This document shows, in pieces, positions 1-10,364 of a DNA stretch of 64,000 bases (its first letter is position 1; each line of letters opens with the position of its first letter). Made by a program: the position numbers and the translations under genes. This stretch comes from Phyllobates terribilis (lineage: Eukaryota), in contig NW_027362763.1 of assembly GCF_046119375.1 (NCBI RefSeq), positions 569,780,001-569,844,000 of the forward strand, in the 5' to 3' direction. The notes below the pieces were generated by a model, which saw only the letters and a program-made list of their open reading frames with translations, was not told where the DNA came from and ran no database searches.

Positions 1-2442
1 TCAAATAGCCCTTACACAGCCTGGAGGTGTGTTTGGGGTCATTGTCCTGTTGAAAAATAAATGATGGTCCAACTAAACGCAAACCGGATGGAATAGCATG
101 CCGCTGCAAGATGCTGTGGTAGCCATGCTGGTTCAGTATGCCTTCAATTTTGAATAAATACCCAACAGTGTCACCAGCAAAGCACCCCCACACCATCACA
201 CCTCCTCCTCCAGGCTTCACGGTGGGAACCAGGCATGTAGAGTCCATCCGTTCACCTTTTCTGCGCAGCACAAAGACACGGTGGTTGGAACCAAAGATCT
301 CAAATTTGGACTCCTCAGACCAAAGCACAGATTTCCACTGGTCTAATGTCCATTCCTTGTATTCTTTAGCCCAAATGACGCGCCCCCAGAGCCGTGGGGT
401 ACTCGGCTGCCGGGCCTATGGGTGCTGGTGGGGGATATCATGGTGGCTGGCCCGGTCCGTGGCCCAGGGCGGTCAACAAAAAGAAAGGGGAAATTGGGTT
501 TTGGAAGTGTTCGTGACGCCACCTGTGGAATGCGGCCAAAGGGAGCCGCCGCTGCGGAGCAGTCCTCTGAAGCTGATGTTACTGCAGCAGGGATGGTATG
601 GCTCTCCACAGGAAGAGCTAGCTCCAGGGCAGTGTAGGGGTTGTTGGTTGCGCTGGGCATTGTAGTGCAGGGGGGGGAGATGACGCAGGTGAAATAATGG
701 ACTGAGGCAGTGCGGTGCAGTCATCCGAGTCTTTACTCACAGTTGTTAAGTTCCTCAGGTTGCACTGTCCAGCTTACAGCCTCCCACGTCGTGCTGAGTT
801 CACCAGAACGAGGGTTCAGCTCTTCCTCAGGTAGTTTAGGAGTATCTGACGGAACCCCGCTTTCTTGTGTTCCTCTCTCTAGACCGTCTTGATGCTGGGT
901 CTTCTCCCTCCTGCCCTGCGCTTCCCCACTCTCAGTCCCGCTCGGGTGCTCTGAAGTCCCTCCCATCTAACTGGAGTTCCCGGACCTGCTTGACCCTCAC
1001 AGAGATTAGAATGAGGCTTTGGCAACTGAACTATATAAGCCAGAAGCCTCCGGTTTTCCCAGCCGAGACTTGAAATAACACGGCTGGTCCAGGGGCCGGT
1101 CCCCTTCTTGCGGCCTACGATCCATCTGTCTTCAGACAGATTCGGGGCGTACGGGTGCCGTCCTGCACTCGCCGTACCCCCTGGGATCCCTTTAACAGAA
1201 CGGAGCCTACTCCTCTGCTCCCCTCCTGGGCCTCTAAGACTGGGCCCTACTTGTGGAGCAGAGCTCCTAAGAGACTCTGCTCCCCGACTGACTGTCCTCT
1301 CTCACTCAACTGTTCTGCCACCCTAAGATGGCTTCCCTTTTTATACCTACTACTATGGTGCTCCCCTAAACTACTTCCTCCACCCACACCCACTACTGGT
1401 TCCCCCTACCTTTGGGTTCCCCCCACTCCAGCCAGGGTCAGGGCTCAGCAATGCGCATGCATCTTGCCCTTCCAGCCGGCCTGGAGCAGTGTAGTGTTGA
1501 ATGCGGGTGTTGGGGTTCTGGGCAGCACTCCCTTCTCACCTGAGAGAAGGAGACACCACACCTCTGGGTGAGGTGCAGTACCTCTGTGGCGAATGAACTC
1601 TCAGGGGCGCCACACAAACAAGTCTCTTCTGCTTGTTGCCTGTCCTTAGCAGTGGTTTCCTAGCAGCTATTTTACCATGAAGGCCTGCTGCACAAAGTCT
1701 CCTCTTAACAGTTGTTGAAGAGATGTGTCTGCTGCTAGAACTCTGTGTGGCATTGACCTGGTCTCTAATCTGAGCTGCTGTTAACCTGCAATTTCTGCTG
1801 GCTGGTGACTCGGATCAACTTATCCTCAGAAGCAGAGGTGGCTCTTGGTCTTCCTTTCCTGGGGTGGTCCGCATGTGAGCCAGTTTCTTTGTAGCGCTTG
1901 ATGGTTTTTGCAACTGCACTTGGGGACACTTTCAAAGTTTGCCCAATTTTTCAGACTGACTGACCTTCATTTCTTAAAGTAATGATGGCCACTCATTTTT
2001 CTTTACTTAGCTGCTTTTTTCTTGCCATAATACAAATTCTAACAGTCTATTCAGTAGGACTATCAGCTGTGTATCCACCTGACTTCTGCACAACACAACT
2101 GATGGTCCCAACCCCATTTATAAGGCAAGAAATCCCACTTATTAAACCTGACAGGGCACACCTGTGAAGTGAAAACCATTTCCGATGACTACCTCTTGAA
2201 GCTCATCAAGAGAATGCCAAGAGCGTGCAAAGCAGTCATCAAAGCAAAAGGTGGCTACTTTGAAGAACCTAGAATATAAGACATATTTTCAGTTGTTTCA
2301 CACTGTTTTGTTAAGTATATAATTCCACATGTGTTAATTCATAGTTTTGATGCCTTCTGTGTGAATGTACAATTTTCATAGTCATGAAAATACAGAAAAA
2401 TCTTTAAATGAGAAGGTGTGTCCAAACTTTTGGTCTGTACTG
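1..2442 (-). mobile_element. Tc1-like DNA transposon, degenerate, truncated by the window start and split by a solo LTR at 376-1614
   Basis: Minus translation of 1-375 gives WKSVLWSEESKFEIFG...GGGVMVWGCF...FIFQQDNDPKHTSRLCKGYL. Start codon ~2028. Terminal repeat CAGTACAGACCAAAAGTTTGG (rc) ends at 2442 next to TA. Stops are present. Confidence 0.9.
376..1614 (-). mobile_element. Gypsy-type solo LTR (family A)
   Basis: Minus-strand termini TGTGGCGCCCC...GGGGGCGCGTCA. 4-bp TSD CAAA at 372-375 and 1615-1618. The flanks rejoin as contiguous Tc1 sequence. Homologous to 26341-27566. Confidence 0.92.
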
Positions 2443-2452
2443 TATATATACA

Positions 2453-3929
2453 CACTACCTTTCAAAAGTTTGGGGTCACCCAGACAATGTTGTGTTTTCC
2501 ATAAAAACTCAAACTTTTATTTATCAGACTTTTGGCATTCTAGCTGTTAATTTGCTAAGGTAATCTTGAGAAATTTCACCCCATGCTTCCTGAAGCCCCT
2601 CCCACAAGTTGGATTGGCTTGATGGGCACTTTTTGCGTACCATACGGTCAACCTGCTCCCACAACAGCTCAATGGGGTTGAGATCTGGTGACTGCGCTGG
2701 CCATTCCATTACAGATAGAATACCAGCTGCCTGCTTCTTCTCTAAATAGTTCATGCATAATTTGGAGGTGTGCTTTGGGTCATTGTCCTGTTGTAAGATG
2801 AAATTGGCTCCAATCAAGCGCTGTCCACAGGGTATGGCATGGCGTTGCAAAATGGAGTGACAGCCTTCCTTATTCAAAATCCCATTTACCTTGTACAAAT
2901 CTCCCAGTTTACCAGCACCAAAGCAATCCCAGACCATCACATTACCTCCAACATGCTTGACAGATGGCGTCAGGCACTATTCCAGCATCTTTTCAGTTGT
3001 TCTGCGTCTCACAAATGTTCTTGTGTGTGATCCAAACACCTCAAACTTTGATTCGTCTGTCCATAAAACTTTTTTCCATTCTTCCTCTGTCCAATATCTG
3101 TGTTCTTTTGCCCATATTATTTTTTTCCTTTTATTAGCCAGTCTCGGATATGGCTTTTTCTTTGCCACTTTGCCCTGAAGTCCAGCATCCCAGAGTCGCC
3201 TCTTCACTGTAGACGTTGACACTGGCTTTTTGCGTATACTATTTAATGAAGCTGCCAGTTGAGGAGCTGTGAGGCGTCGATTTCTCAAACTAGAGACTCT
3301 AATGTACTTGTCTTGTTGCTCAGTTGTGCAGCGGGGCCTCCCACTTCTCTTTCTACTCTGGTTAGAGCCAGTTTGTGCTCTCCTCTGAAGGGAGTAGCAC
3401 ACACCGTTGTAAGATATCTTCAGTTTCTTGGCCAATTCTTGCATGGAATAGCCTTCATTTCTAAGAACAAGAATAGACTGTCGAGTTTCACATGAAAGTT
3501 CTCTTTTTCTGGCCATTTTGAGAGTTTCATAGAACAAACAAATGTATTGCTCCAGATTCTCAACTAGCTCAAAAGGAAGGTCAATTTTATAGCTTCACAA
3601 ATCAGCCAAACCGTTTTCAGCTGGGCTAACATACTTGTGCAAGGGTTTTCTAGGGTTTTCTAAACATCCATTAGTCTTCTTACACAGTTAGCAAACACAA
3701 AGTACCATTAAAACACTGGAGTGGTGGTTGTTGGAAATGGGCCTCTATACACCTATGTAGATATTGCAATAAAAACAAGACGTTTGCAACTAGAATAGTA
3801 ATTTACCACATTAACAATGTATAGAGTGTATTTCTGATTTATTTATTGTTAGCTTCATTGAAAAAAAATGTGCTTTTCTTTCAAAAATAATGAAATTTCT
3901 AAATGGCCTCAAACTTTTGAATGGTAATG
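2453..3929 (-). mobile_element. Tc1-superfamily transposon with DD38E spacing (Intruder/IT-like)
   Basis: TIRs CACTACCTTTCAAAAGTTTG and rc CATTACCATTCAAAAGTTTG, with TA at the right end. Transposase lies on the minus strand. Confidence 0.88.
2524..3516 (-). pseudogene. Tc1-type transposase, DD38E; one in-frame TAG at ~2977 and C-terminus truncated
   Basis: MARKRELSCETRQSILVLRNEG (HTH), [26 protein letters not shown]; 38 residues between the 2nd D and E. ORFs 2977-3537 and 2524-2940 are in the same frame. Confidence 0.9.
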
Positions 3930-4325
3930 TATATATTTTATTATTATTTTGTGATTTTTTAAAAATATTTTTTCCTTTTTTTTTCCCCCCACTTTTCTTT
4001 ACTTTTTTACTTTGTCCCACTATGGGACTTTCACTTTTTGCAGTCTAATCGCTTATAAAGCATATCAATTGCTTTGCTTTATAAACTGTCAGCTCTGCAG
4101 ACAAACTTGCTATACCATGCTCTGAGCATGGTGTAACAAGTTTGCTAATTCTGGTGACCCGGTTGTTGTTATGACGACATCAGGTCACCATGGTTATGAT
4201 CGGGCCCTCGCGATGACGCCATTCGGAGAGCAGAGGGTGCTCCCTCCCTCTGCATGCTTGCTAAATGCTGCGATCCATATTGATTGCAGCATTTAAGGGG
4301 GTTAAAGTGACGGGAGCAGTGCAGG

Positions 4326-5647
4326 CAGGGCCGGCATCAGCACCCGGTGCACCCGGGCAAGTGCCGGGGCCCTGAGCAGGCGAGGGGGCCCACTCGCCGT
4401 CAGGCACCCCGCCGTGCTATGGGACCTGTGAGCGGAGGAGAGCGGTGCCAGTGCCCGCTCCCCCCCCGCTTGCCCAGGGCCCCGGCACCCGGCGCAATAC
4501 TTACCTCTCCCCGTGCCTCCGCAGCAGGTCCTGTCTCTTCCGCAGCTGCTGCACAGTGACGTCTCAGGTCAGAGGGAGCAGGGACGTCTTTCCACCGCGC
4601 TCTCTCCTGAGCAATCACAGCGCAGAGCGGGAAGACATTGGCGCGCGTGAGGAGTCCGGAGCAGCGGCAGCAGGTGAGAAGTGAGGTGAGTATTTGATTT
4701 TTTTTATTGCATGGAGGCATGGGGCATTATATGGTGGGGTAGGGTGGGGGAGTGTGACATCCTGCATGGGGCATTATAAGTGAGGGGGGGTTTGACATCC
4801 TGCATGGGGCATTATAAGGGAGGGGGGTTGTGACATCCTGCATGGGGCATTATAAGGGAGGGGGGGTGTGACATCCTGCATGGGGCATTATAATGGGGGG
4901 GTGACATCCTGCATGGGGCATTATAATGGGGGTGTGTGACATCCTGCATGGGGCATTATAAGGGAGGGGGTGTGTGTGACATCCTGCATGGGGCATTGTA
5001 TGGTGGGGTAGGGTGGAGGAGTGTGACATCCTACATGGGGCATTATAAGTGAGGGGGGGTGACATCCTGCATGGGGCATTATAAGGGAGGGGGTGTGTGT
5101 GACATCCTGCATAGGGCATTATAAAGGGGGGGTGACATCCTACATGGGGCATTATATGGGAGGAACAGCCTGCATGGGGCATTATGTGGGGGGAACAGCC
5201 TGCGTGGGGCTTTATGTGGCGGGAACAACCTGCATGAGGCATTATGTGGGGGGAACAGCCTGCATGTAGCATTATGTGGGGGCATAGCCTGCATGTAGGG
5301 TTATATGGGGGCCAGTATCCTGTATGGAGCGTTAAATGGGGGCCAGTATCCTGTATGGAGCGTTATATGGGGGCCAGTATCCTGTATGGAGCATTATATG
5401 GGGGCCAGTATCCTGTATGGAGCGTTATATGGGGGCCAGTATACTGTGTGGAGCAATTCTCCGGTTTCTGAGCCATTGAAGAATTTACAATAGATATCAC
5501 TCATGTAATGTAAGAAGTGAATTCTTTGGCCTTGTACTATATATATATTTCTCTGCGGTATTTGTGCATCATGAATCGTGGTATGTGTTAAAGGGGCCCA
5601 TTGAGACTCTTTCGCCCGGGGCCCAGAAAAACCTGGAGCCGTCCCTG
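4326..5647. mobile_element. Non-autonomous hAT-type element (MITE)
   Basis: TIRs CAGGGCCGGC / GCCGTCCCTG. 8-bp TSD AGTGCAGG (4318-4325) / AGTGCAGA (5648-5655). Confidence 0.8.
4730..5450. repeat. Minisatellite arrays (~40-bp then ~30-bp units) inside the hAT MITE
   Basis: Repeats of gtgtgacatcctgcatggggcattataagggagggggg, then gggggccagtatcctgtatggagcgttatat. Confidence 0.9.
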
Positions 5648-6264
5648 AGTGCAGACACCATTCCTGGCACTGAGTGCCGGTTGTCAGCTGTCAGAATCAG
5701 CTGCCACCCAGCTGCGATCGTGCATGCAGAGGATCGTGTGCACACGAAACCATACTTCCAAGGTTGCTTTGTGCTCACTACTCAACTGATGCCAAGTCAC
5801 TGTGCTGAGGTCATTAGTTCTTCTGTCTACTCAGGTGCTATGTCCTACACACTTGGTGAGGTAATCATGGCATCCCACATATACTCCTCTTATGCCGGCT
5901 GTGGGATAAAAGTACATTTTCAGCACTGCACACAGAATGAAGCATATGAGCGTACCCATAGTGTGTTGCAGTCAGCAAACAGTTTACATATAGTTTTAAA
6001 GGTGCCACTAAAGTATCATCTAGTAGGGGATCGGCTTGGAGGGCATATGCCCCTCTGCCCTTAGTCCAACTTGCCCGTGGGTGCAGCTCATTACTGAGCT
6101 TCATAAGGGTGATGCCAAAGGCTGTGGCTAGCTGCATGTGTCCGATGTCCACCATAATGCCCAATGGCCACAAGATCTTGAAATCAAATTGTATCACCAT
6201 TGGACATCCTGATGAGTAGTGTTTTGGAGGCATTCATCCTGCCAGTGTTTGTTGTCATCATTAA

Positions 6265-6706
6265 AAGGGAAACTATCACCAGGTTTTGCCATCTAATTTG
6301 AGAGCTGTATAATGTAGAGAAAGAAACCGTGATAACCCAGTAACTCAGGGTCACTTATTGAGCTGCTTGCTGTAGTTTTAATAAAATCACTGTTTTATCA
6401 GCAGAAGATTATCATTAGCGGACTAGTAGACCTACTGACAGCTCTGTGTAACCTCACTCCCACCACTGACCACTGCCATGTTTCTGCCTATACACGGTGT
6501 ATACTGATCGCTGTCAGTTATGTGGGTGGAGATAGAGAGAGCTCAGAATTCAGAAAACAGGTAGACCTGCAGCAGATAAACCACTGATTTTTATTAAAGC
6601 CACAGCAAGAAGTCTAGTAAGTGATACATTACTGGAATCAGGGCCTCTGCCCCTACTTCATGTTGCTCTCAGATGGGGCAGCAAAAAACCTGGTGAAAGA
6701 TTTCCT
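6265..6706. mobile_element. Kolobok/T2-type MITE
   Basis: TTAA on both sides. TIRs AAGGGAAACTATCACCAGGTTTT / AAAACCTGGTGAAAGATTTCCT. Same family as 31396-31836. Confidence 0.75.
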
Positions 6707-6725
6707 TTAAAGTTAGATACTAGTG

Positions 6726-6916
6726 CAGGGGTGGGCAATTAATTTTCCTGAGGGGCCACATGAGAGACCGTGACTGTTGTGGAGGGATGAACCAATAGGC
6801 TGAAATTAATTCTGCTCAATATTAATATCAATATATCAATGATAGTTATGATATTATTAATAATTAAATTAATATTAATTGCAACACTTAATATTGAGCA
6901 GAATTAAGTATGCTGA
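6726..6916. mobile_element. Left end of a hAT-type non-autonomous element that probably hosts the LTR and minisatellite that follow
   Basis: Starts CAGGGGTGGGCAATT, a typical hAT-type terminus. The right TIR was not found. Confidence 0.45.
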
Positions 6917-7863
6917 TGTAATAGTGGGGAAGGGCGTAGCCTTCCCTAGGCACTGAAGTAGTTAAGGAAAGTGTTCCCTTAATTAATCCTCTCTGAACTG
7001 TGGTAGGCCAAGCTAAGGGGTTAGCTCTGGCATAGTTCCTTGTGGGCTGCAGTACCTGTAATCAGCCACAAGATGCCACTGTCCTGGGTGCAGATGTCAG
7101 GTTGAGTCTGCTAGCAGTGTTATAGGCAGTGATGGGTTAAAGTTCTGTGATGACAGCTCACAGAGGGTGGGCACATTAGCAAAAAGCATCTGTTTTAGTG
7201 TCCAGAGGGCAGTTAGAGATAGGACAGTGACCATTACGGGCAGCCTGAATATATGTGGCTGCTAGGGTAGACGGGAGCTCCATACCCTCAGACAGTGGGA
7301 TCAATAGTGCAAAAGTCTCCCTACGCAAGAGCAAGAGTCCTGTTAGCCGGCCAGAGAAACTCAAAGGAAGTGTTGAGGACCCGGGGCACTTCTAGTCTGC
7401 AGGAAGCAGAGGAAGATAAAAAGGACTCCAGGCTAAGAAGTGGGGGAGAGATTGGATCCAGATCACTGTTAGTATTACAGAAGAGTCTCTTGGGCTAGAG
7501 ACAGAGTCACAGAGATGCTTCACTCAAAGAGTGAACCAGGGCTGAAGATGTTGCCAGCGCCTGTGAGAGAGATGATAACCTGTCGGGCCTTATCCATTAT
7601 ATCTGCCTGTAAATATTGTATATATTCCTCTTCCCCAAGTAAAGTTCAAGTTCTGGTTAAGAACCTTGTGTCCTCTGAATTTATTGCTGCCCTGGTCCCA
7701 GAAGAGAAATGCCAGGAGACAGCCGCGATCGGATGGCTTGAAGTAAGTGATGAGCACCACATAAACAGCCACACTTCAGAGGGAGGACACGTATTGTCTG
7801 TAGGGTGCCAGAGCGAGAGGGGGCTACAGCTCGCCCACGACTACCTCGCTGGGGCACCTTACA
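6917..7863 (+). mobile_element. Solo LTR (TGTAA...TTACA type)
   Basis: Termini TGTAAT...CTTACA. 4-bp TSD CTGA at 6913-6916 and 7864-7867. AGTAAA motif present. Orientation tentative. Confidence 0.8.
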
Positions 7864-8521
7864 CTGACATCCCCCTATGTACCGTTTGAACCCGAATACA
7901 GCCTCTTCTATACATCGTATGAGCCCCATCACAGCCCCTTATATACCGTAAGAGCCCACACAGCCTCCTTATATACAGCATGAGCCCCACACAGCCTCCT
8001 ATATACAGCATGAGCCCCACACAGCTTCCTATATACAACATGAGACCCACACAGTCTCCTATATACAGCATGAGAACCATACAGCCTTCTATATATAGCA
8101 TGAGCCCCACACAGCCTCCTATATACAGCATGAGACCCACACAGCCTCTTATCTACAGCATGAAGCCCACACAGTCTCCTATATACAGCATGAGCCCCCA
8201 CACAGCCTCCCCATATATAGCATGAGCCCCCACACAGCCTTCCTATCTACAGCATGAACCCAACACAGCCTTACTATCTACAGCATGAGCCCCACACAGT
8301 CTTCTTATCTACAGCATGAGCCCACACACAGCCCCCTATATACAGCATGAGACCCAAACAGCCTCCTATATACAGCATGAGCCCCACACATCCTTCTATA
8401 TACAACATGAGCCCCACCCAGCCTCCTATATACAGCATGAGCCCCACATAGCCTTCACATATATAGCTTGAGCCTCCCTATCTACAGTATGAGGCCCTCA
8501 CAGTCTCCTATATACAGCATG

Positions 8522-9617
8522 TGACGCGCCCCCTGGGCCGTGGGATACTCGACAGCCGTGCCACTGGTTGCCGGGGGATATCACGGTGGCTGGCCCGGTC
8601 CGTGACCCAGGGCGGTAAGTAAAAAGGGGGAGATTTATAGGGGATTTGGGAAAGTGTTTGTGACGCCACCTGTGGATTGCGGCTAGAGGGAGGCGCCGCT
8701 GCGGAGCAATCCTCTGGAGCTGGTGTTACGGCAGCAGGGATGGTGTGGCTCTCCACAGGTAGAGCTTGCTCCAGGGCAGCGTGGGGTGTAATGGATGGTG
8801 GTGCAGGGGAGAGACGGCAGGACGGTCCCGGAGGAAAGACGGACACTCACACGGGGGTAAGCTTCAGTACCTTTACTGGTGGTGTTGCCGGCACGGTCCA
8901 GGGTACTCCAGGCGAAGGGCACACTTTTGGACTCTCTCCCCAGTGAGCGGGTATAGGGCCTCCTGATCCATTGCTTTATTCTCTAACCTTCTGACCTGCC
9001 TGGAGCTAGGCCTAGCTTGGTTACTGTCTCTCTTTGCACCTGCTGACCAGGTGGTAGGGCCTTCTCTTTGGAAATCACTCTCCCTGGACGCTGGGACCTC
9101 CATGACTCCTAGCCCTGGTACTATAATCAGTGTTTGGTGAACCTGGGACCTGTAGTCCTCCAGGGGTTCCGGTGGTTCCTACTGGGTATAAAGGGTCCCT
9201 GTAGGCGAGGACCCGGTGTCCGGTATATATATCGGGGTGAGCCTGGTATGCTCCTCTGCCCCCTTGCTACTTCTTCCTTCTCCTCTCTGCCTTTGGCCCA
9301 CTCAAGGCCCTCACTAGGCTTTCACACGTGCTGTAGGCCTTGGCTCGCCTAGGCACAGCAGCCAGCTCGCTGCCTCTTCACTGCTCTCTGAGCGTCAGCA
9401 CGCTCTCTGCTCAACTCTGAGCTGTGTTCCTCTCTGTCTCTGAACACTAAACTGAGCTGCCTGGCTCCACCCTCTCTATATATATCCCTAACGGGCTCCC
9501 TCTGCTGGTCTGAGGTGGTAGGGTGGAGGTGTGTGAATGTGTGAGGGCCTCTTGTGGAGACGTCTGTCCATGCACCCTTCTGGGTTCTGTGGTACCTCTG
9601 CACAGCAGGGCGCCACA
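8522..9617 (-). mobile_element. Gypsy-type solo LTR (family A-like)
   Basis: Minus-strand termini TGTGGCGCCC...GGGGCGCGTCA. TSD CATG at 8518-8521 and 9618-9621. Confidence 0.9.
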
Positions 9618-10343
9618 CATGAGCCCCCACACAGCCTCCTCATATACAGCATGAAGCCCACACAGCCTTCCTATATACTGCATTAGCCCCACACAGCCTT
9701 CCTATCTACAGCATGAGCCCCACACAGCCTTCCTATCTACAGCATGTACCCCACACAGCCTTCCTATCTACAGCATGAACCCCACACAGCCTCCTATATA
9801 CAGCATGAGCCCCACACAGCATTCTATATGCAGCATGAGCCCCCACACAGCCTTCCCATATACAGCATGAGCCCCTCACAGCCTTCCTATCTACAGCATT
9901 AACCCCACACAGCCTCTATATACAGCATGAGCCCCCACACAGCCTCCTATATACAGCATGAGCCCCACACAGCCTCGTATCTACAGCATGAGCCCCACAC
10001 AGCCTCCTATATACAACATGAGTGTTGCAGAGTGCATCTTCTTACAGTCACCACTGTACTTATGAGAGCTTCAATCAGCAAGATATCTTGAGTAAACAGT
10101 ATTTACTTCATACTGGTTAAACATGAGATACAATTCAGTGTCACACAGTCCGTGTGCTGCTGACATAACACATTCAGGAAAAAAAAAGAAACACAGGAAG
10201 TAAGAAACAACCAACAATTGAGAGCTTTCCTCCCACCATTACAGCAAGCATATAACTTTGCACACTATCGCCATCTGCTGTCTGGTTAGTATAAAGTCCT
10301 CCTTTCACTTATAATAAGTCCTAATCTGTTGCATATGCCAACA

Positions 10344-10352
10344 CCCTTTCTC
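10344..10352 (-). promoter_or_regulatory. Copia polypurine tract
   Basis: GAGAAAGGG immediately before the 3' LTR start TGTTGG on the minus strand. Confidence 0.75.
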
Positions 10353-10364
10353 AACAATAAGGAC

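Larger units (their letters stand above)
3940..5745. mobile_element. Fragment of a non-autonomous piggyBac-like element (related to 18310-21932), interrupted by a hAT MITE
   Basis: Similar to the reverse complement of 18400-18800 (actttgtcccactatgggactttca..., cagctgtcagaatcagctgccaccc). The ends were not resolved. Confidence 0.55.

Noticed and set aside
4850-5471. ORFs with repeated MPHAGC and CHTPP motifs
   Set aside because: These are translations of minisatellites.
5750-6250. 120-166 aa ORFs in unassigned sequence
   Set aside because: No motif recognised; probably an old repeat fragment.
7859-8225. ORFs with MGLMLYIGG and PTQPPIYSM repeats
   Set aside because: These are translations of the 30-bp minisatellite.
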